Shown piece by piece: positions 48,330 to 61,289 of a stretch of DNA of 64,000 bases. Location of the stretch: the NCBI RefSeq assembly GCF_963921235.1, contig NC_086097.1, positions 12,524,001 to 12,588,000 of the forward strand. Direction: 5' to 3'. The position numbers and the translations under genes were made by a program. The notes below the pieces were generated by a model. It was not told the origin of the DNA. It saw only the letters and a program-made list of their open reading frames with translations, and did no database searches. The DNA is from Mobula hypostoma (Eukaryota). Each line of letters opens with the position of its first letter. Positions within the stretch are counted from its first letter, which is position 1.

Positions 48330-50560
48330 CTTACCTCAGTGCTGAATTATGGACCTGCAGCTGTGAGCAGCCATCAGGTTCCTGGACTGCCTTTACTGAA
48401 CCAGCTCCGCGGCAGTGGCCTGCAGCCATTGGGCCCTGTGCTGAACTGGCCCTGAAGCTGTGGCCTGTAGCTACTGGGCTCCTGGAGTGGCTACACTCGC
48501 CTCAGGACTCATCTGGTTCCATGGCTACAGACCCACTTCACGGACTCTGCAGTTCATGTTCCGCATGTTATTTGCTTACTTCTTTATTGTTCACACAATT
48601 TGTTCTTTTCTTGTACATTGGATGTTGGTCGGTCTTTGTTGTATGTGGTTTTTCATGGATTCTATTGTGCTCCTTTGTTTTGTGGCTGCCTGCAAGAAGA
48701 TGAACCTCAGGGTTGTATATGGTATACAATACTTTGATAATAAATATACTTTGAACATGTACGGCGATACAGTGAAAAACTTGCACACTGTTCATACAGA
48801 TTAATTCATTACAACAGTGCACTGAGGTAGCACAAGGTAAAACGATAACCAAGTGCAGGATAAGTTGTTGCAGTTACAGAGAAAATGTGGTGCAGGTCAT
48901 AATGAGGTCAAGAGTCCATTTTATCATACTAGATGACCATTCAATTTTCTTATAACAGTGGAAGCTGTCTTTGAGCCAGGTATCTTCTGCCCAACGGGAA
49001 AGGGAAGAAGAGAGAGTGACCAGGGTAGGTGTGGTCTTTGATTATGCTGCTACATTGCCAAAGCAGTGAGAAGAGCAGGCAGAATCCATGGAGAGGAGGG
49101 AGGGTGCTCTGATTTTCTGAGCTCTCTGCAGTTCCCTCTGGTTACGGAAGCAGCAGTTGCCAAACCAAATTGTGATACGCGCAGGATGCTTTCTGTGGTG
49201 CATCAATAATAATTGGTAAGTGTCAATGGAAATGATGGACAGGTAAGGAAAAAGGTGGGAAAGGGAAACAGGAATAGGGAATGGCAATTACAGGAAGTTC
49301 GAGAAGTCAAAGTTTATGCCATTAGGTTGGTGGCTACCCAGATGGTGTTGCTCCTCCTACCTGAGTGTGGCCTCATCATGTGAGTAGAAGTGGCCATGGA
49401 CGAACATGTTGGAATGGGAATGGGAAGTAGAATTGAAATGGGTGGCTATTGTTAATGTTAGGATCTTGAACCTCTCAGTTCTCTCGACCTCAGCATCACT
49501 GATGTAAACAGGAGCATTTGAACTGCCCACTTCCTGAAGTCCATGATCATTTCTTTTGTTTTGATAACATTGATGGAAAGGTTGTTGTCATGACGCCATA
49601 TCATTGGCTTTCCATCTCCTTCCTGTACTCTTAACTTGTTGCTGTTTGAGATCCAGCCCACTGCAGTGATATCTTCTGCAAACTTGTAGAGGTATACAAG
49701 ATTATGAGGGGGGTATAGATAGAGTAAATACAAGCAGATTTTTTTTTCCACTGAGGTAGGGTGGGACTAGAACTAGAGATTGTGGGTTAAGGCTGAAAGG
49801 TGAAATGATTCAGGGAAACATGAGGAGAAACCTCTTCACTCAGAGGGTTGTGAGAGTGTAGAACGAGCTGTCAGCACAAGGGGTGTATGTGAGCTCGATT
49901 TCACCTTTTGAGAGAAATTTGGATAGTTTCATGTTGGAAGGCTGCAGTCTGGGTTCAGGTCAATGGGACTAGGCAATTTAAATGGTTTGGCATGGACTAG
50001 ATAGACTGAAGGGCCTTTTTCTGCACTGTACTTTTCTAGAGTCTAAGAGCAGAATCTGGCCACACAGACACGAGTGTGGACAGAGCAGTAGGGGACTGAG
50101 GAAGCAGCCCTGTAGGGCACCGCTGTTGTGAATAGTCGTGAAGGATGTGTTGCTGCCTCCTCTTACTGGCTGTGATCTGTCAAGGAGCCAGTTGCAAAGA
50201 GAGGTGTTTTGTTATAGCTCTAGGAGAGTGGAGATGAAGTCGCTTGAAATTATAGTGTAGAAGGCAGATCAGTAGTTATAACGTATGTATCTTTACTATC
50301 CAGATGCTCTGGAGATAAGTGTAGGGCAAGGAGTACAGTGTCTGTCATAGACCTGTTACAGCGTGAGGTGAATTGCTAGGGACTGCGCTTGTCTGGGAGG
50401 CTAGATTTGTGTGTGCCATGGCCAACCCCTTGAAGCAATTTATGATGGTGGATGTCAGACTCACTGGGTGGTAGACATTAAGGCATGTTACCCTGTTTCC
50501 CTCAGGTACGGAATGTTAGTGGTCTTCTTAAAGCAGGTGGGAACATCAGATAGAAGCAGG
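48330..50560. mobile_element. Patchwork of old Rex/L2-like, Penelope (49230-49450, minus) and CR1 (49687-50045, plus) fragments
   Basis: 'KFAEDITAVG..WRHDNNLSINVIKTKEM'; GIY-YIG C-terminal remnant 'HLGSHQPNGINFDFSNF'; L2-type tail at ~48740. Confidence 0.6.
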
Positions 50561-50892
50561 AAAGTGTCCTAAGTCATGTTAATAATAAAATGCTCACCAT
50601 ACCAAGCAGTATTCTTTCCAATCGTCTACCTCAGCAACCTTTCACTCTATTCTTCTGAAATGTAAAAACAGTTGGCCAGTTAATCCAAACCTTAAAGCAC
50701 CAGCATTAATTGTCCAGACACCGAAACATCATTAGACATAGGAGCCGAGTTAGGCCATTCAGCCCATCGAGACTGCTTCAGCACTCAATCATGGCTGATT
50801 TATTTTCCCTCCGAACCTCATTTTCTTACCAACTTCCTGTAACCTTTGACACCCTTATTAATCAAGAACCTATCAAGCTCCGCTTTAAATGT

Positions 50893-51970
50893 TAAAGATT
50901 CAAGATTGTTTAATGTCATTGCCAGTACACAAGTGTAAAGGAGAATGAAATAGTTGTTACTTAGAATCCAATGCAGCAGAAAAAACACAATAATTAAAAA
51001 AACACAATGAATAGAAATACCTAAGATAGCTTACATACGTAGATTGATCGTATGTCTGTAAAATGACACCAGATACAAGTTCTGTGCATAAGGTGACTCT
51101 GACAGGAAATTGTAAAGTAGTGGTGGTGGATGGCTTAATGGGTGGAGTTGTTGATCAGCCTTACTGCGTGGGGAAAGTAACTGTTTATACATACACCCGT
51201 CAATGAATCCCACAGAATCACCACCCTCTGGTTAAAGAAATTCTTCCTCATTTCTATTCTAAAGCGACACCTGTTCTGAGGCTGTGCTCTCCAACTACCA
51301 GAAACTTGCAATATTAATTATGCAGATTTGTTTCCATTGGTGTGGATTTTACCAGAAGATTACCTGTGCTCCTTGCAGCTTCTATGTCCTGACTGACCTC
51401 AACATTCTCATCTCAAAACCTATTCATTGCTAGGACTATGTGCTTACTTCTGTAACATTCTCCACAGTTGCCTCAACCCAACTACAATAAAAGTGGTTCT
51501 CTGTGCCTTTGTCACTTGGGGTTGCCTGTTCTTTTTGGTGTTCCAGCCCTGAGGTATTGCCTTTTGACATAATAACAGAATTGAATATTCAAGATCGTTT
51601 AATGTCATTTCCGGTGCATAAGTATAAAGGAAAACAAAATAATTGTTACTCTGGAAATGCAACACAAAAGAAAACACGATAAGATAAAGAACACAATTAT
51701 CAAAACTATCAAAAACTCAATAAACATAACATAACATAAGATAGCTCATATACGTAGATTGATTATATGTCTATAGTATGACACTAGGCATAGGAGTTTT
51801 TGTACATAAAGTGACCTACAGGAAATGATAAAGTAGTGGTGGCTGTGGGTTAATGGGTGGAGGTGTTGATCGGCCTTACTGCTTGGGGAAATTAACTGCT
51901 TATGAGTCTGATGGTCCTGGCATGAATGTTACATAGCCTCCTCCCTGATGTGAGTGGGACAAACGGTGGA
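50893..51970 (-). repeat. Two copies of a LINE 3' end with (TTGAATC)n tail (50893-51190, 51587-51970)
   Basis: Shared TTCAAGAT.GTTTAATGTCATT...ATACGTAGATTGAT...GTTGATC.GCCTTACTGC; first copy splits a CR1 3' end (50725-51295). Confidence 0.65.
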
Positions 51971-52402
51971 TAAGGCATTAAGATAAGGTTCTGTATGCAT
52001 CTTATGCCCCCAAAGTACTATTTCAATGAAGAGAAATACTAGACAACAGTAACCCTGAAATAAAATCACACAAAATAAAACCATTTCAATACTGTATTTT
52101 ATGGGAGTTGGGTGTTCACAAATTAGCACCTTTTTTTCTGCCTTAAGTGGACTATCCTTCAAAACTATTTCATTGACGGTAATGTGCTTAGGGACGACCT
52201 GAGGTCATAAACAGATAGCTTTCCTTATTGTCGTTATGTGTCTCACCTTTCCTTGCTGTTGGTGGCCTTGAATTCAACTTTCTAGGTATTCATTTTCTGA
52301 ATTTCCTATACAACCCATTTCAAAAGGAAATATTATTGGTAAATAGATTGTTAGAAAGAGAACTATCACTGCAATTTTAGAATGATAAGGAAATATAAAC
52401 AC

Positions 52403-52705
52403 ATAGATTCTGCAAATGCTGGAAATCCAGAGCAACTCACACAAAATGCTGGAAGAACTCAGCAGGTCAGGCAGCATCTATGGAAATAAATCAACAGTTG
52501 ACGTCTCGGGCTGTGACCCTTCTTTGGGACTGGGAAGGAAAGGAGAAGATGGTGATGAGGGGAAGGAAGACAAGCTAGAGGGTGATAGGTGAAGCTAGAT
52601 GGGTGGGAAGGTGAAGGGCTGGAGAAGAAGGAATCTGATAGAAAAGAAGTGTGGTCCATGGGAGAAAGGACAAATGGAGGGGCACCAGGGGAAGGTGATT
52701 TTGAG
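52403..52705 (-). mobile_element. Penelope 3' region
   Basis: Similar to the reverse complement of 24065-24415; hammerhead core decayed. Confidence 0.7.
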
Positions 52706-52989
52706 AAGCGGTAAGAAACATAAAAAGAAACATGAGAAGGGATTCTTTATCCCTCTCTTCTATTGTTACAGCAAAGTATTAGCTACAATTGGAGTATTAA
52801 TGATTGGAAAATTCCAACATTGTTTATAATGTGAGAAAAATATTGAAATAATTGAAGGGAAAATTTGACAGGGCTATGGGAAAAGAGCAGGGGCATGGAA
52901 TTAATTGTATAGCTGAAATAATAATATAGGCATGGAAAATTGAATGGGTTCCTTTGGTGATGAGTCTTGAAATTTTTAGTTATGAAAGC

Positions 52990-53633
52990 ACAGCCATGTC
53001 TCCACTTCCTAAGGAGGTTGAGGTAAGCAAGGTTTCCCTCCCCCCCCCGCCCCCCCCCCCACCAGTAGCACTCTAACTAATTTTTACAGAAATATTATCA
53101 AGGGTGTCCTGACCAACTGCATCACTGCCTAATATGGGAATTGCAAGGCACCTAACCGCAAGTCCCTACAAAGGAATGGTAGGACTGCTGAGAGGATCAT
53201 CGAGGTCTCCCTTTCGTCCATCAGAGATATTTCTCAGGAGCACTGCATATAGGAAGACCCTTAGCAATGTCAATGATCCCTCCCGTCGTCCAAAAATCTC
53301 TCTGGCCCTTCCTCCCCCACCACCATCAGGCAGAAGGTACCATTGCATTAGGACAAGGACTACTAGAATGGGAAACAGCTTCTTCCCCCAGGAAATAATA
53401 TACTGAACTCCCTGCCACCATTCAGATCTCATCACGTATGAAGCACCAGTAATATTATACCGTTTAACTCTTTAACTTGTGTCGTAAATGTACCTTATTA
53501 TTTGTTAATTTATTTGTGGTAATATTACTTTATGGGTATGTGTGAGTTACATATATGGTGTTGTGCACCTTGGTCCGGAGGAATGTTGTTTTGTTCGGAG
53601 ATTGAAATGATAAGGAACTTGAAGTTGAACTTG
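52990..53633 (+). mobile_element. Rex/L2-like LINE 3' fragment (different subfamily)
   Basis: 'PSGRRYHCIRTRTTRMGNSFFPQ'; (GAACTT)n tail. Confidence 0.7.
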
Positions 53634-56249
53634 TATTGAGGAGAAATGTATCACTGGACAGCAAAGGATGCCATAATACTGAATAAGTCATGTACTTTGC
53701 TACTGAAGATCAGATCCAGTGATTTTAAAAGAAACAAATGATAGAAGTTTATTAAAACATTGCTCCTAATATGTAACATGTCCACTATCACCAATCAAGG
53801 AGAAATTTCTAAGCAATTCTAATATTATGTACTCAATACAACTGTCCCAAGCTTCATAATTTTACAAGCTGTCTTTGTATTCCTGTTGATCTATTGGACA
53901 ATATAGTTGTATTGACTTTTACTTGTAATACTTTGCATTGTACTGCTTCTAATTTATAACTTAGATTATTATACTTTGCATTTCCACTGCTGTAGAGCTC
54001 AGATCATTCCACACAGTCTCTCTATTGGCTTATAAAAGAAATTATATAATAGCTGTGCAAAATGTCCTCTAATTCACATGTAAGCCTAATGCCGGGAGAG
54101 AGGCAATATGATTACCTTCAGCATATTTTGATTAAAATTATATATAATGCTGGTACATATCAGGTAATGATGCACTAGACTTCAATAAGTATTCAAGCCT
54201 TTCCTTCCCTGACTGAGATTTGTGAAAGCACATTGTCTGCCATTAATATTTCTCTCCAAAATTTATTAATTCATTTTTCTTGCACTTGCAACCAACATTT
54301 TGTCTCAGTAATGTATTTACTGGCAGTCTGACTTTGAAATCAGCCTGCGTGTACACACCAAGGGATGAGAAAAATAGCAGGCTGGCTTTTTTTTTTGAAT
54401 ACCCACGACTGACTTAGAATGGGCAAATAAATTATTGGGAAAAGGGTTAGTGCAGCTTGCAGAAGGAACAACACATTCACTTTACAGTACTTTACTGATA
54501 GGAAATCAGTAGGCTTTAAAAAAAAGGAGTGCATTACTTATCTCAGCTACTCAGCAAGAACTTGAAAGACCTTCTATCACTTAATGAAAAATAGCTTCTT
54601 TTTGGACAGAACTTCATAGGCTGCAATCAAGCCTCAGCCTTTTCTTGACGTGCAATAGAAGAAAATCAACTCAGCATCTATTAATAATATTTTCCCTGCT
54701 TCTTTCATTTCCCTGCATGTCTTACCACTGTCAGAGCCAGTGATGGAGAAGCCCTTTATCTCATAGAAGACTAGTCTGTCAGCTTGATAAACAAGTCTAA
54801 CAAGAATCTGAATAAAGATCTTCCCAGTAGACCCACGATAGCGGCTTGCTCATTTTCCAGCAGGCAAAATTTAATCTAACGGCTCGACTTCTCAAGCGTC
54901 ACATTCAAAGAGATGCAAATTTGTCAGAACTCAGCCCCTGCGTGCTCACTTGCAGCCTAGCAATACATGTCAAAAAGGCCCAGAACTAGAGATCTCTCTC
55001 TCTCTCTGGCCAAAACTAATCCTTTAGAGGTGAAAAAAATTAGGGGAGGGGGGACAAAGAAGGAGAAGGTGGTGGGGGTGGGAGGAGGTGAAATATAAGA
55101 GGGGGTGTGTTGTTATAAAAAGACTGAGTCTGTGTTTTTTCCCATACACTCATTTGTGTTGGACAATGATGGTATTAGATTGATTAAGTGGAAATCTGCT
55201 CGATGGAGAAGCTGGTGGAAGAAATGGTATTAGTGTTCGTTCAAAAGGATATGAAAGGCTACTCAACGTGCTTGACTCTAGCAAGAATGATGAATGCTAT
55301 TACAGTTCAGTAAATACAGAAGGTCTTGAATGATTCATCAGCAAACGTTCGACATTACTTTTATTTACAAGTAGACACCTAAATCTGTTCAGTCTTGATT
55401 TCTTTTTCTTCTCGCTACATATGGGTCTGCAATTTGCTGACAATTTTTATTCTGAAACAACTGCACTTACAATCCGCTCAAAGGAGTTTGTAATCTCTAA
55501 TTTATTTTATGGTTGCATCTATCTGCAATATTTTCTGAAATGCCACCTCCCCCCGCTTCCCCCGCACCATCTAATTATTTATCTTCTGATGTCACTGTAA
55601 CACAGGAGCAAGTGTTGTATTGAAAACAATGTTTACCTGGGGGCAATTACTGACAAAAAAAGGTTACTGGCTGCATCTCGGTGACTTGTAACACAACATT
55701 CCAATCAAGGGGTACAGATAACGTGATAAACTGTGACCAACAATGTCCTTACTGCTATTATTCATATACCATAATATGAGGCTGTATAATTATCTCTTAA
55801 AATCTAAATGGTACCTGATAATATTAGTTCTATGGACTATAAGTTACATTTCATACAGAGCTGTTTCAATTTGAGTCATAAACAAGACTTAACGGTATTT
55901 TCAATTGTCTTAGTACCATTAAAGGCAGATAATTTCAGAAAGCTCATAGATTATATATTTTATGAACCAGAGATGTTCAGTCTGCATTGTGATGTGTTAC
56001 ATGGATATTTTAAATAACAAATTACTGAACAATTTCCTGCACATATGGCACAAAGCAGTTCATTCAATTGGGGAGGGGCCAATGTCATTATTAATAAATA
56101 AACTTTATTTTTGCACCGCAGAACTGATGATGTGAATATGTTGCTTCATTGTATACTTCAAGTGTTAAGTGTACTATGTACACTATCAGAATTATTGTAC
56201 AGATCATTCTAGCTTATTTATACTTGACCTATGTACATACGGACACATA

Positions 56250-56655
56250 TTAGAAGAATGAGGGGTGACATCATTGAAAGCTATCGAGTGGTGAAAGGCC
56301 TTGAAAGAGTGGATGTGGAGAGGATATTTCCTAAGGCGGGGGAGCTAAGACCAGAGGGCACAGTCTCAGAATAGAGGGGCGTCCTTTTAGAATGGAGATG
56401 AGGAGGAATTTCTTTTGCTTGAGAATAGTGAATCTGTGGAATTCTTTGCCACAGGGAGCTGTGGACGCCAAGTCATTGGGATATATTTAAGGAAGAGGTT
56501 GATAGATTCTTGCTTAGTCAGTGCATGAAGGGATATGGGGAGAAGGCAGGAGATTAGGGCTGAGAGGGAAGATTGATCAGCCATGATGAAAAGGCAGAGC
56601 AGTCTCAATGGGCCAAATGGCCTAATTCTGTTCCCTATATCATATGGTTTTATGA
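56250..56655 (+). mobile_element. CR1 3' fragment
   Basis: 'RRMRGDIIESYR..KGL', 'TRGHSLRIEGRPFRMEMRRNF'. Confidence 0.85.
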
Positions 56656-56839
56656 ACACACATTTGGGAGTCCAGTGGGATGGATTTGCTGGGCTGCAGA
56701 CATGTTCTGCTATGTGGAAAGTCAGTTTGCGGTTTTATTACCCACTTACAAATTGTTCCAGTCACACACCATTCACAGAAATGGAACCCCTGCAGTAACC
56801 TGGGAAGGACCTGTATTCTAACTCCACAAATGTGTAGAG

Positions 56840-57690
56840 CATTTTACTTACTGCCTGTTATGCCACTGGCATTTAGGGCAGCAATGAAGGTCCTCCATCT
56901 TTGTCTGTCCTGAGTCATCTTCTCTATTTCACTCTAGGTGTGGTGCAGGCTCCTTATTTCTGCATCTACGGTATGGCACCAAGTTGTCTTTGGTCTCCCA
57001 CATTTCCTCCATGCTTCAAGGGTCCAATGAAGTGCTGCTTTGAAGATGGAGCAAGCCTCCCTTCTCATCATGTGCCCAATCCCTCTCCAACATTTGCTCG
57101 TGATGTGTGTGGCCATGTCCTCCTGATGACACTGAAGGAGTAAGGCACGAGTTTGGCCAGAAAATATCAGAATTTTGAATCAGAATCAGGTTTATTATCA
57201 TCGGCATGTGACATGAAATTTGTTAGCTTAGCAGCAGCAGTTCAATAGAATACATAATCTAGCAGAAAAAAAATAATAGTAATAAATAAAATAATAAATA
57301 AATGAGTAAATCAATTACACATATTGAATAGATTTTTTTCAAAACGTGCAAAAACAGAAATACTGTATATTTTTTAAAAAAGTGAGGTAGTGCCCAAAGA
57401 TTCAATGTCCATTTAGGAATAGGATGGCAGAAGGGGAGAAGCTTTTCCTGAATTGCTGAGCATATACCTTCCACCTGGTGGTAACAGTGAGAAAAGGGCA
57501 TGCCCTGGGTCTTCCAGAGGCTCATGATGTGGAATGCCGACAGCTTGATAAGGTCACTGTCTGTCATATGCCAGCATTCTGACCCATAAAAGATCGCGGA
57601 CAGTATACTGGTCTGGTACATGGATGGTGCATGGATTTTCTGATTCTCTGGGAATCTCGCTTCCAATGTTTGTTGAATAACCTGATAAAA
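56840..57690 (-). mobile_element. RTE/RTE-X-like LINE 3' fragments interrupted by a Rex/L2 tail (57170-57515)
   Basis: 'FYGSECWHMT..LIKLSAFH' and 'ALHWTLE..RKCGRPKTTW'. Confidence 0.7.
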
Positions 57691-58019
57691 TGCTATCTAA
57701 GATTCATTTAGCTGTGTAACTGTGTATCCTTCAGTCCAACCCTCCAGCCTGCTGACCTGCCACCTTCATCATGGTCACAGAAGCACTACAGCACAGAGAC
57801 AGAGACAGGCCCTGCAGCCCGTGCTGAACCAGTAATCTGCCTAGTCCCATCAAATAAAGCTTCTCATTGTTGGAAGTGGTGCCTTCATCACAGACATTGG
57901 TTGCGAAATGAAACCTGCTCATTTAGTCTGCTGTTTGCTCCAAGTTGATCTAAACTCTCCTCCTTTGCACTTTCTATTATATAGAGGGGTCAATTTCACT
58001 TCATCATGAAGGGTCTGAG

Positions 58020-58625
58020 CATCAGAATCAAGTCTGATGTCATTGGCATATATCGTGAAGTTTGTTGTTTTGCAGAAGCAGTACATTGCAATATATAATT
58101 TAAAAATCTATAAATTACAATAATAAATATATACAGTATATACTGTATAAAATTAAATTAAGTAGTGCAAAAAGAGAGCAAAAATAGTGAGGTAGCATAA
58201 TAAGGAAAACTATAAATTACAATAAGGAGTATATTTAAGAAAATTACTTTGAATGAGTAGTGGAAAAAGAGAGGGAAAATATACTGAGGTAGCATTCATG
58301 GTTCATTATCCATTCAGAAATCTGATGACAGAGAGGAAGTTCTTCCTAGAACATCGAGTGTGTGTCTTGGGGCTCCTGCACCTCCTCCTCTATGGCAGCA
58401 ATGAGAAGAGGGCATGTTCTGGGTCTTTATCATGATGGACGCTGGCATTCTGAGGCATCGCCTTTTGAAGATGTTCCTGGTGCTGGGGAGGCTAGTGCCC
58501 ATTTTGGAGCCAGATGAGCTTGCAAATATCTGCAGCTTTTTCCGATCCTGTGCAGTGCCCCCTCCATACCAGACAGTGATGTGACAAATTAGAACACTCC
58601 CCATGGTACATTTGTAGAAATACTC
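58020..58625 (-). mobile_element. Rex/L2-like LINE 3' fragment
   Basis: 'FYKCTMGSVLICHITVWYGGGTAQDRKKLQ'. Confidence 0.75.
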
Positions 58626-59208
58626 CAGCATAGCCATTCTGCAGTACGAGGGAGTAATCACACTTGATATAATGGAGCACCAATACAGATTTATGGATGT
58701 ACGGAGGGTCACCCTTCATTAGCTGGGGCATTGAGTTCAAGAGCCATGAGGTAATGTTGCAGCTCTGTTAACCCTGCAGTATTGTGTTCCATTCTGCTCA
58801 CTTCATTATAGGAAGGTTGTGAAAGCTTTACAGAGGATGCAGGGGAGATCTACCAGGGTGCATTCTGCATTAGAATGGATGTCTTACAAGGAAAGTTTAA
58901 GTAAGCTAGGCTTTTCTCTTTGGAGCAAAGGAGGATGACAGGTGACTTGAAAGAGGTGAATCAGATGATAAGAGTCATAGATCAAGTGGTTAGCCAGAGA
59001 CTCTTTTTCCCAGGGCAGCAATGGCTAATATGAGAGATCATAATTTGAAGGTGGTTGGAGGAAGGTGTGGGGAGATGTCAGAGGTATTTTTTCTTACACA
59101 GAGAGTGGTAAGTGCATGGAATGCACTGTCAGGGTGATGGTAGAGGCAGATATGTTTGGGATATTTAAAAAACTTATAGATAGGCACATGGATGAAAGAA
59201 AATGGAGG

Positions 59209-60933
59209 AATATAGACAATAGGTGCAGGAGTAGGCCATTTGGCCTTTCGAGCCAGCACCGCCATTCACTGTGATCATGGCTGATCATCCACAATCAGTA
59301 TCCAGTTCCTGCCTTATCCCCATATCCTTTGATTCCGCTATCTTTAAGAGCTCCATCTATCTCTTTCTTGAAAACATCCAGAGACTTGGCCTCCACAGCC
59401 TTCTGGGGCAGAGCATTCCATATATCTACCACTCTCTGGGTGAAAAAGTTTTTCCTCAACTCCGTTCTAAATGGCCTACCCTTTCTTCTTAAACTATGGC
59501 CTCTGGTTCTGGACTCACCCATTAGCGGGAACATGCTTCCTGCCTCCAACGTGTCAAATCTCTTAATAATCTTATATGTTTCAATAAGGTCCCCTCTCAG
59601 CCTTCTAAATTCCAGAGTATACAAGCCCAGTTGCTCCAATCTTTCAACATATGACAGTCCCGCCATCCCGGGAATTAACCTTGTGAACCTACGCTGCACT
59701 CCTTCAATAGCAAGAATGTCCTTCCTCAAATTTGGAGACCAAAACTCCACACAGTACTCCAGGTGTGGTCTCACCAGGGCCCTGTACAGCTGCAGAAGGA
59801 CCTCTTTGCTCCTATACTCAATTCCCCTTGTTATGAAGGCCAGCATGCCATTAGCTTTCTTCCCTGCCTGCTGTACTTGCATGCTTGCTTTCAGTGACTG
59901 ATGTACAAGAACACCTAGATCTCATTGTACTTCCCCTTTTCCTAACTTGACTCTATTTAGATAATAATCTGCCTTCCTGTTCTTACCACCAAAGTGGATA
60001 ACCTCACATTTATCCACATTAAATTGCATCTGCCCAATTGTCCAGCTGTCCAAGTTACCCTGCATTCTCATAACATCCTCCTCACATTTCACACTGCCAC
60101 CTAGCTTTGTGTCATTGGCAAATTTGCTAATGTTACTTTTAATTCCCTCATCTAAATCATTAATATATATTGTAAACAGCTGCTGTCCCAGCACTGAACC
60201 TTGCGGTACCCCACTGGTCACCGCCTGCCATTCTGAAAGGGTCTCTTTGTTTTCTGCCAGCCCGCCAATTTTCAATCCATGTCAGTACTCTGCCCCCAAT
60301 ACCATGTGCCCAAATTTTGCCCACTAATCTCCTATGTGGGACTTTATCAAAGGCTTTCTGAAAGTCCAGGTACACTACATCCACTGGCTCTCCCTTGTCC
60401 ATTTTCATAGTTACATCCTCAAAAAATTCCAGAAGATTGTTCAAGCACGATTTCCCCTTCGTAAATCCATGCTGACTCGGACCGATCCTGTTACTGCTAT
60501 CCAGACGTGTCGTAATTTCATCTTTTATAATTGACTCCAGCATCTTTCCCACCACCGACGTCAGGCTAACAGGTCTATAATTCCCTGTTTTCTCTCTTCC
60601 TCCCTTCTTGAAGAGAGGGACAACATTAGCTACCCTCCAATCCACAGGAACTGATCCTGAATCTATAGAACATTGGAAAATGAATACCAATGCATCCACG
60701 ATTTCTAAAGCCACCTCCTTAAGTACGCTGGGATGCAGACCATCAGATCCCGGGGACTTATCAGCCTTCAGACCCAACAGTCTATCCAACACCATTTTCT
60801 GCCTAATATAAATTTCCTTCAATTCATCCATTACTCTAGGTCCTTTGGCCACTATTACATCTGGGAGATTGTTTGTATCTTCCCTAGTGAAGACAGATCC
60901 AAAGTACCTGTTCAACTCGTCTGCCATTTCCTT
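59209..60933 (-). mobile_element. CR1 (family C) RT and 3' UTR inserted in an older plus-strand CR1 (58640-61020)
   Basis: ORFs 60160-60927, 59922-60275, 59295-59882. Confidence 0.93.
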
Positions 60934-61289
60934 GTCGGAGAGAAGGACCAGATTGATCTTGGAGACGACATAAAATCATGGGCCGAAGGGCCTGTGCTGT
61001 GCTATGCTATGTTCTATTATTCTACACCATATGTTTTTGGTACTGAATCAACAGAAGAGTTCAAATCCCAGCAGCAACTCAAGAGTATGAATTTGCATAA
61101 AGATAAGGTGTAAAGCTGTATATGTCTAATAGTTTTACTAATTGCATTGAAGACATCCACCTGGTCTGGCCCGAACGTGACTCACATGCCAGAAACCCAA
61201 AACAGCGATTCAGGCAATGGATAGGAATGGGGTAGATAGTAGAGATATGACAACCCCCTCCTGCAACTTTTCTCAAAGGCTGCAATCAG

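Noticed and set aside
53036..53060. Poly-C tract as a functional G-quadruplex
   Set aside because: Lies within a LINE remnant and is most simply a homopolymer expansion
59329..59901. 190-aa plus-strand ORF and similar ORFs opposite CR1 copies
   Set aside because: Antisense shadows of CR1 ORF2
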